Positions 1-10,206 are shown, numbered from the stretch's first letter. The stretch is DNA of 64,000 nucleotides from Actinomycetota bacterium (GCA_051005875.1 JBPCIX010000022.1:3537-67536), one strand, 5' to 3'. A program made the numbers and translations. Notes: a model not told the origin generated them from the letters alone.

Positions 1-726
1 CGCCTGACGCAACTTTTCTCGAGCTTTGCTTAGATCCCGGCTCTGCGTCGCCAGATTCTCGGATGCCGTTTGCAGATCGGCCTTCTCGGTCAGGAGCTTC
101 TCCTTGAACCGGATGGAGTCCTGAACGAGCTTTGTGCGGTGCCCCGCGAGGTTCTTCCAAAATTTCTCGACTTTGCCCAGGTCGCTCCAGGTTCGAGCCA
201 TGAACAAAGGAGCCCAAACCGCGCCCAGCGTTTCCGTGTAGGTCTGACGCGCGTCCTCATTCCACCGCCGCTTCAACTCCTGAAACCTTAGGTCCAGTCG
301 GGCCACTTCCTCGCCGCGCAACAGAATGCCGGTTTGTAGATCTGACGTTCTGCTCTCGCCCTGCTGGATGGTTTGATTGACCCCGAAGATCCGAGCATCC
401 AAGTCGGCCAGCTGGGCCAGCAGCCTGGCCGTTTCAGCGTTCGACTTCTCCACGCTGCTGCGAATCGCTGCAAGCTCTTCGAGTGACGGACCGGGCCGCG
501 GTGGAGGTACAGGAGCCGGCTCCTGCACCTGTGGCGGTACTTGGTCCTCAGCAGGTACGGATTGGGGGCCCGGTTCTTCTTGAGCCCCGAGATGAGAAAC
601 CGGAACGAGGGTCGGCGCCAACAGTAAGGCCGCCAAAAAGGCGACAAGAACAGGCCGTGGAAATCGGCTATAAAGGGACCGGGCTCGGACCCCGACCGCG
701 CGAATGAACCCTTTTAAAGAAACCAT
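1..726 (-). CDS. secreted coiled-coil protein, N-terminal part (gene runs off left edge)
   Basis: Hand translation of the minus strand from the ATG at 726 gives MVSLKGFIRAVGVRARSLYSRFPRPVLVAFLAALLLAPTLVP, a signal-like hydrophobic stretch. A Pro-rich linker and long heptad-like E/K/R/L/Q sequence (..LAQLADLDARIFGVNQTIQQ..KEKLLTEKADLQTASENLATQSRDLSKAREKLRQA) follow, open to position 1. It is absent from the ORF track because there is no stop in the window. It resembles the N-terminus of the M23 peptidase at 45102-46229. Confidence 0.5.
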   Translation of the reverse strand, partial: MVSLKGFIRAVGVRARSLYSRFPRPVLVAFLAALLLAPTLVPVSHLGAQEEPGPQSVPAEDQVPPQVQEPAPVPPPRPGPSLEELAAIRSSVEKSNAETARLLAQLADLDARIFGVNQTIQQGESRTSDLQTGILLRGEEVARLDLRFQELKRRWNEDARQTYTETLGAVWAPLFMARTWSDLGKVEKFWKNLAGHRTKLVQDSIRFKEKLLTEKADLQTASENLATQSRDLSKAREKLRQA

Positions 727-829
727 AGTAGAAACGGTACCAGCTCCACAACGTCCGACATATTTGCCTTGCCAAGGCTCCCGTAACTGTATATCTCACA
801 AAAGGGATAAAACAGGCACATTTCCAAAG

Positions 830-901
830 TGGGCGCGGAGGGTTTTGAACCCCCGACCTCTGCCGTGTGAAGGCAGCGCTCTCCCGCTGAGCTACGCGCC
901 C
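830..901 (-). tRNA. tRNA-Val (anticodon CAC)
   Basis: The reverse complement GGGCGCGTAGCTCAGCGGGAGAGCGCTGCCTTCACACGGCAGAGGTCGGGGGTTCAAAACCCTCCGCGCCCA folds by eye into a 72-nt cloverleaf. Acceptor is GGGCGCG/CGCGCCC, anticodon stem CTGCC/GGCAG with loop TTCACAC, and T arm GGGGG-TTCAAAA-CCCTC. Confidence 0.9.
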
Positions 902-955
902 TTGGCCCGCTTTGCCAGGTGCCTGCATTATAGAGACGATGCCGATCAGTTCTGC

Positions 956-1588
956 CTAGATCAGTTTCAGGGCGACCATCACGCCGTCTCTGACCGGGAT
1001 GATCATCGACATAAAATCGGGGTCCTCGTAGATTACTTTGTTGTGCTTGCGGATTGCCTCGGTCCAGGCATCGTCATCGTCGCGAGCTACCCTGCCCGAC
1101 CATAAAACGTTGTCGCACATGTACAGCCCGCCTTTTCGAAGCTTCGATTTGGCGACGTCAAATGCTCTCGGATAATCCCCCTTGTCTATGTCGCAATAGA
1201 CGGCATCGAATTGGCCGTCGGTTTCGGCAAGGGAATCTACGGCGTCGCCCACCATGAACTTGCAACGATCCCATACTCCGGCCCTGCCCAAGAAGTCTTT
1301 AGCTAGCTCTGCGTTATCTGCGTCCCCGTCGGTCAAAATAACTTCACCCTCGGCCCCCACCGCGCGGGCAAACCAGTAGCCGGAAAAGCCATACCCAGAG
1401 CCCAGCTCGAATACTCTCCGAGCGCCGATCGAGCGGGCCAGCAACTCTAAAGAGGCGCCCACGACCCGGCCCACAATCGGGAAACCCCTTTCTTCGGCCC
1501 GCTTTTCCATCTCAATCAGAACCGGCTCGTCGTAGCGGTCACACAACTTACGAAGATAGCCGGAGACTTCTTCGTCAAGAAAATTCAT
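956..1588 (-). CDS. class I SAM-dependent O-methyltransferase (caffeoyl-CoA OMT-like family 3)
   Basis: 210 aa. It has the SAM-binding motif VFELGSGYGFSGYWFA and an acidic D..D.DK metal-site region (AVYCDIDKGDYP) typical of family-3 O-methyltransferases. Confidence 0.8.
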   Translation of the reverse strand: MNFLDEEVSGYLRKLCDRYDEPVLIEMEKRAEERGFPIVGRVVGASLELLARSIGARRVFELGSGYGFSGYWFARAVGAEGEVILTDGDADNAELAKDFLGRAGVWDRCKFMVGDAVDSLAETDGQFDAVYCDIDKGDYPRAFDVAKSKLRKGGLYMCDNVLWSGRVARDDDDAWTEAIRKHNKVIYEDPDFMSMIIPVRDGVMVALKLI

Positions 1589-2571
1589 GCGCCGGTCCCC
1601 GGCGTTGGCGCCGCCGCTGGCGGCACAGGAGGGCTCCCGGACGCCGCCACTGACAGTTGACCGAACATGCCTTTCAATGCATGCAGTTCACCATCGGGGC
1701 CGGCGATGAAACATGCGTATTCGTATACGCCCGGCTCGAGGTCAACATTGAATTTCACAGTCCCGCCGGGCAGGGCTGTGGCACTTTGGCCGAACTGCTT
1801 ATCGATAAGCCCGGCTGTGTCTGTGCCCGCACGGTTCGCATCAATAACCTGCTCGGCGGTAACACCTTCTTTGAGCTTGACTAGCGCCAAAAAGTGCCTC
1901 TGCTTTCCGTTGTTGTTGAGAACAAGCGTCTGGGGTCCGGGCGCTAGCTGAGCAGGAATCACGAAAGCGTACTCGGTTGCCCCAACCTCGACTTCCGGCC
2001 CGCCGGCGGCCGGAGCCGGGAGTGTTGCGGCGTTAGTCTCGGTTGCTCCACACCTCTTGAATCCGTATTGCTGAGTTGCCAAAGCGGCCTGTTCCAAATC
2101 CCCATAAGCCCGGTCGAGAAACCTCTTCGCCCCGGTAGAGTCCCCTGCCTCCAGGGCCCGTTTCGCTGCAGCAAACTGCGCCCCCGATCGATCTAGAATT
2201 CTCAGTCCCTTGTTCAAGCTCGCCGAACTCTGGGAAGGCGGACCCAGTCCTCTCAGATCTCCGGCCAGCTCGGGCAGATGCACGGCGAAATAGTTCAAGA
2301 AGCGAGTTCCATCTTTGACTTCCTCGGGTGTTGCATCGGGGCGGAATGGGTTGCCGGCAGGCGCTAGGCGACTTGCCTTCGAATCAAAGTTGTTGCACTG
2401 CTTGTCGCCTCTGGCGATGAACTCGGCTTTCGTGAGTCGCTCCTGGCCGCAGTTCGCCAACGCAAACACCGCAACGGCGGCCGGGAGTAATTTGAAATGC
2501 AAACGCCGTCTGCAGGCACTTGGTGCACTAAGCTTTTGCATCTGCCCAGTTCGGCCCCCATGCCAGGTCAA
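1585..2571 (-). CDS. lipoprotein with C-terminal cupredoxin-like domain (hypothetical)
   Basis: The internal start M11 (position 2541) gives MQKLSAPSACRRRLHFKLLPAAVAVFALANCGQ with a lipobox-like LANC. The C-terminus GVYEYACFIAGPDGELHALKGMFGQLSV has a Cys..His..Met spacing reminiscent of blue-copper sites, but with longer loops. The start is uncertain (2571 or 2541). Confidence 0.5.
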   Translation of the reverse strand: MTWHGGRTGQMQKLSAPSACRRRLHFKLLPAAVAVFALANCGQERLTKAEFIARGDKQCNNFDSKASRLAPAGNPFRPDATPEEVKDGTRFLNYFAVHLPELAGDLRGLGPPSQSSASLNKGLRILDRSGAQFAAAKRALEAGDSTGAKRFLDRAYGDLEQAALATQQYGFKRCGATETNAATLPAPAAGGPEVEVGATEYAFVIPAQLAPGPQTLVLNNNGKQRHFLALVKLKEGVTAEQVIDANRAGTDTAGLIDKQFGQSATALPGGTVKFNVDLEPGVYEYACFIAGPDGELHALKGMFGQLSVAASGSPPVPPAAAPTPGTGA

Positions 2572-5269
2572 CTTTCAGGGGCGCCTTCAGTTCGATCACG
2601 CTTTCCATGGCAACCCTTACTTGTTCGGCAACAGTTTCAACTTCGCCCTCGGCCACTTCGAACACAAGCTCGTCGTGAACGGTAAGAACCATCCGCGCTC
2701 CCCCCTGATCGCTAAAGACCGACCCCTCGCACAAGGCCTCGTCGGCCCTGACCATTGCGAGCTTCATAACGTCGGCGGCCGACCCTTGAATGGGAGCATT
2801 CAGGGCTTGTCGCTCCCCCAGGCTCCTAACTCTCGGGTTTCTCGATTTTAGCTCAGGAAGGTACCGTCTGCGCCCGAGCATCGTTGTTGTAAAACCATCG
2901 GTTGTAGCCTGATCAACCACTTCGTCAAGATACTCCCTGACCTTCGGGTATAGGGCAAAGAACCCGTCGATGTAAGTTTTGGCCTGATCCATGGGAATCC
3001 GAAGCCGCTGCGAAAGGCCGAATGGCCCCATCCCGTATGTCACGCCGTACGACACCATCTTGCCCACGCTTCGAAGCTCACTGGTCACCTCGCCCGGATT
3101 GATGCCAAGCGCCTTTGCAATTGATGCCGTATGGATGTCCTCACCCTCTCGAAACGCTCTCAGCAACTCAGGGTCTTCGCAAAGATGAGCAAGAATTCTA
3201 AGTTCAATCTGGGAGTAGTCGGCGACCAGCAAGACGTTGCCCTCGTCGGGGACAAATGCCCGGCGAATCTGTTTGCCCTCCTGGGTTCTTATCGGAATGT
3301 TTTGAAGATTAGGGGTGTCCGAGCTTAGGCGTCCGGTCGAGGCAACCGTCTGATTGAAGCGGCAATGCAGCCTGCCGGTTGTCGGATCTACCAGCGGCGG
3401 AAGTGCATCGATGTAGGTGGACTTTAGCTTTGCGCGTTCCCGGTATCGCAAAATAAGGTCGATGATTGGGTGCTCGGTTCTCAGAGATTCAAGCACTCCC
3501 GCATCGGTTGAATAGCCGGTCTTGGTCTTTTTGGAAGGCTTCAGCCCCAGGCGATCGTAAAGAATTTGCCGCAGCTGCGGAGGGGACCCTATGTTGAAGG
3601 GACCGCCGGCGTTCGCATAGATTCCTGCTTCAATCGTCGTCAATTCTTTGGTAATGACCTGCGACATGTTCATCAGGTATGCGACGTCAATCTTGATTCC
3701 TGCTCTTTCCATCTTTGCAAGGACTGCGGTCAAGGGGATCTCGAGATCCGTGAACAGGTCCCAGGCGCCCCGATTTCGTAGCTCCTTCTCGAAAATTTCA
3801 CCGAGTTGGCCCACGGCAACCGCCTCTCGGCCAAGCCTTATTCCATGCTCGCTGTCGGCCTGGTCGGCGGCGGGTTGATCCAGCAAGGATTGTTGACCCG
3901 GTTCAGGTGAGGCGTCAGGGTCGGCTGCGTCCAACGCCAGGTCTTTGTCCAGGTACTGGCGTGCAAGCTCGTCAAGTTTGTAGGAGCCTCGTGCGGGGTC
4001 CAGCAGGTAGGCCGCTATTTCAGTATCCATTTCGACCCTTGCAGGCGCCAGGCCCGCTGCAAAAAGTCTTTGCAACGCCTGCTTGGATTGATGGGTCACG
4101 ATCGCCGCTTTGCCAACCGCAGGCCCCAAGGCCTCCCAAACCCTTTCGGCCGGCAGCGGCGAGCCGAGGCGGACAACCTGGGCATCGCCACCCAGGGCAA
4201 CCGCCAGGGCATCGGCCGGCGCCCGCGGGCTTTTGGGGTCGCCGCTTATCCTGAGAGTTAGCCGGGACGAGGTGGCCATTTCTTTTGCAAGAAGCTCTAG
4301 CCCCCCTTCGGTCGTCACTTCGCTCGTCCTTGCTTCAAATCCTGGGGTGGCTGCCCCGGCCTCGGGATGCTCCGCCACAAGCCGGTCATAGAGGACTTTG
4401 AATTCCAGATCGTCAAAAAGTTTGCGGATTTGGGTGAAATTCCAGTCCCCCACTTTCAAGCTGCTTGAATCAACCGTGAGTTGGGCTAGGTCAACGCCTT
4501 GGTTCGCAAGATCAGCGGATGTGCGGAACCGAAAAAACTCCCGGTTTGTCAAAAGGCGTTCCTCGGACTCGGCGAGGCTCGCAGCCAGCTTGGGTTTTAG
4601 ATCATTCAGGTGCCCAAAAATTTCCTCCAGAGTCCCGTAAGTCTGAATCAATTTCGCCGCCGTCTTCTCGCCGACTCCGACAACGCCTGCGATATTGTCG
4701 GATGGGTCCCCCCTAAGCGCTGCGTAGTCAAGGTAGCGCTCCGGCCCGAATCCGTACCTTTCGTTAACCGCCGCTTCGTCATACAACACCGTGTCGGAAA
4801 CTCCCCTGCGGTTCATCAATAAATGGACGGTCGGCCCAACCATTTGAAAGAAGTCCCGGTCGGCCGTGACCACGATTATTTGATGTCCCTGCTCTGCCAA
4901 CTGTCCGCCGAGCACATAAATCAAGTCGTCGGCCTCGATACCGGAAACCTCGAATCGCCTGATCCCCAAAACGTCGAGAACTTCATGGATGAGGCCCATT
5001 TGCTGCCGGAACTCATCGGGGGCCGAGGTCCTTTGCGCCTTGTATTCGGGGCGAATAGCGGTCCGCTCGGCAGGGGCCCCTTTGTCGAAAGCCACGGCAA
5101 CATAGTTGGTTTTGTGATCCTGCAGAGCCTTGATGAGCATGCCCGTGAACCCGTAAACGGCGTTGGTCACCTGGCCGCTTGTAGTGCGAAGATCCGGCGG
5201 GAGAGCGTAAAACGCCCTATAGGCCAGGGAATGTCCATCCAGCAACAGAATTTTCTGACCGGTGCTCAC
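2528..5269 (-). CDS. polA: DNA polymerase I
   Basis: 913 aa. The N-terminal 5'-nuclease region contains GHSLAYRAFYAL. Polymerase motif A is VADYSQIELRILAH, motif B RSVGKMVSYGVTYGMG, and motif C LTVHDELVFE. Confidence 0.95.
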   Translation of the reverse strand: MSTGQKILLLDGHSLAYRAFYALPPDLRTTSGQVTNAVYGFTGMLIKALQDHKTNYVAVAFDKGAPAERTAIRPEYKAQRTSAPDEFRQQMGLIHEVLDVLGIRRFEVSGIEADDLIYVLGGQLAEQGHQIIVVTADRDFFQMVGPTVHLLMNRRGVSDTVLYDEAAVNERYGFGPERYLDYAALRGDPSDNIAGVVGVGEKTAAKLIQTYGTLEEIFGHLNDLKPKLAASLAESEERLLTNREFFRFRTSADLANQGVDLAQLTVDSSSLKVGDWNFTQIRKLFDDLEFKVLYDRLVAEHPEAGAATPGFEARTSEVTTEGGLELLAKEMATSSRLTLRISGDPKSPRAPADALAVALGGDAQVVRLGSPLPAERVWEALGPAVGKAAIVTHQSKQALQRLFAAGLAPARVEMDTEIAAYLLDPARGSYKLDELARQYLDKDLALDAADPDASPEPGQQSLLDQPAADQADSEHGIRLGREAVAVGQLGEIFEKELRNRGAWDLFTDLEIPLTAVLAKMERAGIKIDVAYLMNMSQVITKELTTIEAGIYANAGGPFNIGSPPQLRQILYDRLGLKPSKKTKTGYSTDAGVLESLRTEHPIIDLILRYRERAKLKSTYIDALPPLVDPTTGRLHCRFNQTVASTGRLSSDTPNLQNIPIRTQEGKQIRRAFVPDEGNVLLVADYSQIELRILAHLCEDPELLRAFREGEDIHTASIAKALGINPGEVTSELRSVGKMVSYGVTYGMGPFGLSQRLRIPMDQAKTYIDGFFALYPKVREYLDEVVDQATTDGFTTTMLGRRRYLPELKSRNPRVRSLGERQALNAPIQGSAADVMKLAMVRADEALCEGSVFSDQGGARMVLTVHDELVFEVAEGEVETVAEQVRVAMESVIELKAPLKVDLAWGPNWADAKA

Positions 5270-5323
5270 GTTCCACCGACTATATTAGAGGGGCGTTAAA
5301 CAAGTGAGATGCTTTTGAACTAA

Positions 5324-5351
5324 TTTGGTAAGCACCTGATTTTGGTAAGCA
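5324..5351. promoter_or_regulatory. direct repeat TTTGGTAAGCA x2 (17-bp period) in the divergent polA/gltB intergenic region
   Basis: TTTGGTAAGCA occurs at 5324-5334 and again at 5341-5351, just upstream of the AAGGAG RBS (5352-5357) of gltB. It is a candidate operator or promoter element. Confidence 0.35.
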
Positions 5352-5365
5352 AAGGAGTTTGTTCG

Positions 5366-8300
5366 TTGAGTGAAGCTGTATCGAATCACCCGGTGGGCCT
5401 TTACCGCCCTCAATATGAACGCGACGCTTGCGGTATCGGCTTTGTCGCCGACGTCGAAGGACGCTCAAGCCGGGCGACGGTCGAAACGGCGCTTTACTCA
5501 CTGTGCCGGGTCCGCCACCGTGGGGCTTTAGCCGCCGATTTGAAATCCGGCGACGGCGCTGGAATCCTTGTTCCCATACCCAAGGATTTTTTCAAAACGG
5601 AAACGGGCGCAGGCTCGATCGAAGCCGACACCCTAGGCATAGCAATGTGCTTTGTTTGGCCTCCGAGTGAGCAACGTCATCGAAAGATTGTTGAGCAGGC
5701 CTGCCGCCAAGAAGGCATCGATGCCCCGATTTGGCGAACGGTGCCTACCCAAGATTCGGCCCTCGGTGCGAGAGCCCTGGAATCCAAGCCCCTCATCGAA
5801 CAGGCGGTTCTTGTAAAACCCATCGGCGCCGGCCCCGAGGAGTCGGAGCAACTAGCCGTCAGGGCCCGCAAACGCGCCGAAAAAGCCTGCCAGGCGGAAG
5901 CCGTCAACGCGTACTTCCCCTCTTTCTCTTTCCGCACCGTCACCTACAAGGCGCTCTCGGTCGCCGACCATTTGTCAATGTTTTATCCAGACCTTGACGA
6001 CGCCGGCTTCGCCGCTCCCTTTGCAATGTTCCACCAAAGGTTCTCGACGAACACCTCACCAACCTGGGAACGAGCGCAGCCCTTCAGAATGTCCTGCCAC
6101 AACGGAGAAATCAACACAATTCAAGGCAACGTGAACCGGATGCGCGCCCGCGAAGGGCGGCTCGGAAAGCGCAACCTCTCCGACGAAGACCTACTCCGGC
6201 CGGTAATAGATGAACAGGGATCAGACTCGGGAATGCTCGATAACGTCTTGGAATTGCTGAATGTAGAGGGACGCGACGTCAGGCACTCCATGGCGATGAT
6301 GCTTCCGGCCGCTTGGGAAAACCAGGATGGACTCGACGAGGAGCTAAGGGATTTTTATCGCTACCATGCGTGCCTTATGGAGGCCTGGGATGGTCCGGCG
6401 GGAGTCATCTTTACCGACGGCGTAAAGATTGGCGCGGCTCTCGACCGCAACGGGCTGCGGCCGCTGAGATATTCGGTCTGCGAAGACGGCATGATCGCCT
6501 GTGGCTCGGAAGCCGGCTCGATTTACACCAGGGGCCACGGCAAGGTCCGGCGGGGCAAGCTCGGCCCCGGGCAAATGATATGCGTAGACCCCCAAGACGG
6601 CGGCTTCGAAGAGGATCCGGTCGCCAAGCGTCTAGCCGGGCACAAACCCTACGGACAATGGCTGGCGGATCACCTCGAGCCCGGCCCCAACATCATTGAG
6701 CCCAGTTTAGAAATTCCTTCGGACATAGTTTCGAGGCAAATTGCGAATGGATTCACAAGAGAGGAATTCACGACAATAATTCGCCCAATGGCCAGCAATG
6801 GGCATGAGCCCACGTCGTCGATGGGAGACGACACCGCTCTGGCCCCGCTGGCCGAACGCACAAGGCCTCTGTATAACTATTTCAAGCAACGTTTTGCGCA
6901 GGTAACCAACCCCCCGATCGATTCGCTCCGGGAACGCTCGGTCATGAGTATCAGAACGTTGGTCGGTCCGCGCGATCCGATTCTTTGGGAGCGCCCTGAA
7001 GCTGCCGGCCTGGTCGAACTCGACAGCTTTGTTCTTTTTGGTCCCCTGGGCGATATCCGCATTGACGCTACTTTTCCTGTGGCCGAAGGCCTTGCCGGAC
7101 TCGAAAATTCGCTTAACCGCATTTGCGAAGAAGCCGCTCAAGCCGCCCGGACGGGCAGCCACATCATCGTTGTAACCGATGGGAATATTTCCGCTGAGCG
7201 GGCGCCCATTCCAATGCTGTTGGCGGTCAGCGCCATTCATCAGCACTTGATCCGTTGCGGCGACCGTACCCGCAGCGGCTTGGTAGTAGAAACCGACGAA
7301 GCTCGCGAGGCTCATCACTTCGCGTGCCTGCTGGGTTATGGCGCCGAGGCGATCTTTCCCAGATTGGCGTTGGCCTCAATCTCAGACCTGGTTGGGCGAA
7401 ATCGCCTGGGCGAGGACATCTCGGTGACCGAGGCGCTTATTCGGTTCAGGGCGGCAATCGAAGAAGGCGTTTTGAAGATCATGTCGAAGATGGGAATCTC
7501 GCCCACCGAGTCCTACCGCGGTGCCCAGATCTTCGATGCGATAGGAATCGGCGCCGCGGTCATCGACAAGTACTTCACCGGAACTCCTTCGCCCATGGAA
7601 GGTATCGGCCTCGAAGAAATCGCTGAGGATGTTCTTATTCGCCACGCTGCCGCTTACGGCGAAAAGCCCCGGCTCGATAACCCGGGCTTTTTGAAGTTTC
7701 ATTCGAAGGGCGAATACCACGCCACCAACCCCCAGGTCGTCGACGCCTTGCACGAGGCCGTCAAGACAACGGATTGGGAAAGTTACCACCGCTTCGCCGC
7801 GCTTGTTGAGGAAAGGCCGCCCACAGAGCCCCGAGATCTCCTTGAGTTCAAGATGGCTGCCTCGCCTGTTCCCCTCGATGAGGTTGAGCCGGTCGAAGCC
7901 ATTACGGCCAGATTTTCAACCGGGGCCATAAGCCACGGCGCCATCGGAGCGGAAGCGCACGAGACGCTGGCAATCGCCTTGAACAGCGTCGGCGGAAAAG
8001 CCAACAGCGGTGAAGGCGGCGAAGATCCCTCGCGCTACCTGGATGAAAGGCGATGCAAGATTAAGCAGGTGGCCTCCGGCCGCTTCGGGGTAACTCCGCA
8101 ATACGCTTCTTTCGCCGAAGAACTACAGATAAAAATGGCCCAGGGATCCAAGCCCGGCGAGGGGGGCCAGCTACCGGGCCATAAAGTGAGCGATGAGATT
8201 GCGCGCCTAAGGCATACACAGCCCGGCGTAGCGCTTATTTCTCCTCCGCCGCACCATGACATTTACTCGATCGAGGATTTGGCTCAACTGATCTTTGATC

Positions 8301-9760
8301 TAAAGCAAGTGAATCCCACAGCGGCAGTCTCGGTCAAACTCGTAGCCGAGGCGGGCGTGGGCACCATCGCTGCGGGTGTAGCCAAAGCTCTTGCCGACGT
8401 TGTTCAAATCTCCGGGTGGGACGGTGGAACCGGCGCCAGCCCGCTTTCGAGTATTAAAAACGCCGGCCTTCCCTGGGAGCTGGGAATCGCCGAAACGCAG
8501 CAGACACTCATGGCCAACGGCCTTCGTGAGCGTGTTCGGGTGCGCGTGGATGGCGGCCTGAAGAGCGGCCGGGACGTGATGATGGCGGCTTTGCTGGGCG
8601 CCGATGAATACTCATTCGGCACATCGCTGTTGCTAGCCGAAGGCTGCATCATGGTGCGGGCCTGCCACCGTGACACATGCCCGGTTGGTATTGCCACGCA
8701 ACGCAAGGATCTTCGCGCCAAGTTCGCCGGAACCCCGGAACAGGTGGCTCAATATTTACTCTTTGTGGCTGAAGAGTGCCGGCGCATTTTGGCCTCGCTT
8801 GGTGTCAGGTCGCTCGACGAAGCAATCGGCGCGACAAACCTACTGATCCCTCGAAAGCTGGAATCACCGAGAGCAAACATGCTCGCCCTTGGGCCAATGC
8901 TCGCAGCCGAAGAAGGCATAAGACATTTCGTTAAGGCAGATCCGATTCAAAAGCCGCGCTCGGACTTGGGGGACCGCATTTGCAGCGACGCTCTGGGGCC
9001 AATTCTTGCGGGCGAAACCATAGAGCTTTCCTATGATGTTCAAAACAGCGACCGTACCTTGGGCGCCCGGCTCGGCGGCGCCATCGCTCACGAGTTCGGC
9101 GCCAACCCGCCCCCTGGGCGGGCCACCGTTTCGTTTGACGGCGAGGCGGGCCAAAGCTTTGGAGCATTTTTAAGCAGCGGCGTTACGTTCCGGTTGACGG
9201 GCGAGGCGAACGACTACGTCGGCAAAGCAATGGGCGGCGGAAGAATAGTAATCATCCCGCCGGCCGACGACGCCGGCGAGCCCTACCTCATCGGCAACAC
9301 CGTGCTTTACGGCGCCACCGGAGGCGAGCTTTTTTGTGCGGGCAGGGCCGGCGAAAGATTCGCCATTCGCAATTCCGGCGCCGTGGCCGTTGTGGAGGGC
9401 GTCGGCGATCATGGTTGCGAGTACATGACCGGCGGCACGGTTGTGGTGCTCGGCCCCACCGGCTGGAATATGGGAGCCGGCATGACCGGCGGAGAGGCCT
9501 ATGTCTGGGACCCCGAGCGATACTTGCCGGCCAGGGTCAATCCCGAGCTTGTGGACCTTCACCGCCCCGACGAGGCGTTTCAAGAATTTTTGAGGGCCCT
9601 CATCACGACGCACGCTGCCGAGACCGGCTCCGTTCGAGCTAAGACCATCTTAGAAAACTGGGAAACACACGGCCCACAATTCTGGCGGGTAGCGCCCAAG
9701 GCGGAAGTCGCCCGGATCGAAAGCGCCCACGAGGGCTCGGTCAGGACGGAAAAGGCTTAG
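5366..9760 (+). CDS. gltB: glutamate synthase large subunit
   Basis: The N-terminal amidotransferase Cys is present (ERDACGIGFVADV), followed by FMN/4Fe-4S central domains and the C-terminal GXGXG domain. The ORF track starts at TTG 5342. The in-frame TTG at 5366 sits 8 nt after AAGGAG and is preferred. Confidence 0.93.
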   Translation: MSEAVSNHPVGLYRPQYERDACGIGFVADVEGRSSRATVETALYSLCRVRHRGALAADLKSGDGAGILVPIPKDFFKTETGAGSIEADTLGIAMCFVWPPSEQRHRKIVEQACRQEGIDAPIWRTVPTQDSALGARALESKPLIEQAVLVKPIGAGPEESEQLAVRARKRAEKACQAEAVNAYFPSFSFRTVTYKALSVADHLSMFYPDLDDAGFAAPFAMFHQRFSTNTSPTWERAQPFRMSCHNGEINTIQGNVNRMRAREGRLGKRNLSDEDLLRPVIDEQGSDSGMLDNVLELLNVEGRDVRHSMAMMLPAAWENQDGLDEELRDFYRYHACLMEAWDGPAGVIFTDGVKIGAALDRNGLRPLRYSVCEDGMIACGSEAGSIYTRGHGKVRRGKLGPGQMICVDPQDGGFEEDPVAKRLAGHKPYGQWLADHLEPGPNIIEPSLEIPSDIVSRQIANGFTREEFTTIIRPMASNGHEPTSSMGDDTALAPLAERTRPLYNYFKQRFAQVTNPPIDSLRERSVMSIRTLVGPRDPILWERPEAAGLVELDSFVLFGPLGDIRIDATFPVAEGLAGLENSLNRICEEAAQAARTGSHIIVVTDGNISAERAPIPMLLAVSAIHQHLIRCGDRTRSGLVVETDEAREAHHFACLLGYGAEAIFPRLALASISDLVGRNRLGEDISVTEALIRFRAAIEEGVLKIMSKMGISPTESYRGAQIFDAIGIGAAVIDKYFTGTPSPMEGIGLEEIAEDVLIRHAAAYGEKPRLDNPGFLKFHSKGEYHATNPQVVDALHEAVKTTDWESYHRFAALVEERPPTEPRDLLEFKMAASPVPLDEVEPVEAITARFSTGAISHGAIGAEAHETLAIALNSVGGKANSGEGGEDPSRYLDERRCKIKQVASGRFGVTPQYASFAEELQIKMAQGSKPGEGGQLPGHKVSDEIARLRHTQPGVALISPPPHHDIYSIEDLAQLIFDLKQVNPTAAVSVKLVAEAGVGTIAAGVAKALADVVQISGWDGGTGASPLSSIKNAGLPWELGIAETQQTLMANGLRERVRVRVDGGLKSGRDVMMAALLGADEYSFGTSLLLAEGCIMVRACHRDTCPVGIATQRKDLRAKFAGTPEQVAQYLLFVAEECRRILASLGVRSLDEAIGATNLLIPRKLESPRANMLALGPMLAAEEGIRHFVKADPIQKPRSDLGDRICSDALGPILAGETIELSYDVQNSDRTLGARLGGAIAHEFGANPPPGRATVSFDGEAGQSFGAFLSSGVTFRLTGEANDYVGKAMGGGRIVIIPPADDAGEPYLIGNTVLYGATGGELFCAGRAGERFAIRNSGAVAVVEGVGDHGCEYMTGGTVVVLGPTGWNMGAGMTGGEAYVWDPERYLPARVNPELVDLHRPDEAFQEFLRALITTHAAETGSVRAKTILENWETHGPQFWRVAPKAEVARIESAHEGSVRTEKA

Positions 9761-9791
9761 CTCCGCCAACTAGTGGCGCCAGGAGCTTTTT
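9759..9791 (+). terminator. putative intrinsic terminator after gltB
   Basis: AGCTCC-GCCA-actag-TGGC-gcca-GGAGCT is followed by TTTTT. It overlaps the stop codon of the convergent thioesterase gene. Confidence 0.5.
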
Positions 9792-10206
9792 AGGGGCGCT
9801 TTTCCCTGAGAGCGATGGTGCAGGTAGCGAATGCTGTGAGCACGCCAGAGTCGTCGGAGATTCGGATCTCCCACACCGAAAGAGTCTTTCCGGACTGAAG
9901 GGGCGTACCCACCCCGGTGACCCAGCCCTCGCCGGCAGGCCGCAGATGGTTCACTTTGATGTCCACGCCAAGAGTAATTTTGTCCGGGTTTTTCAGCCAG
10001 GCGCCCACCGAGGCTATGGTTTCGGCTAAGGCGGCTGAGGCCCCGCCGTGCAAGAGTCCTATTGACTGGGTATTGCCCTCAACGGGAATCCGGGCGACCA
10101 CGCGCTCAGGAGTCGCATCCTGAATCTCCATGCCCATCTTGTCCATGAGAGCCCCGGCCCCCCTCATGACAACATCCTCAGGGTTCATCTGGCTTTCTTC
10201 CGGCAT
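9790..10206 (-). CDS. PaaI/YbdB-type hotdog-fold acyl-CoA thioesterase
   Basis: 138 aa with the characteristic LHGGASAALAETIASVGA segment and the size of the PaaI family. Confidence 0.8.
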   Translation of the reverse strand: MPEESQMNPEDVVMRGAGALMDKMGMEIQDATPERVVARIPVEGNTQSIGLLHGGASAALAETIASVGAWLKNPDKITLGVDIKVNHLRPAGEGWVTGVGTPLQSGKTLSVWEIRISDDSGVLTAFATCTIALREKRP

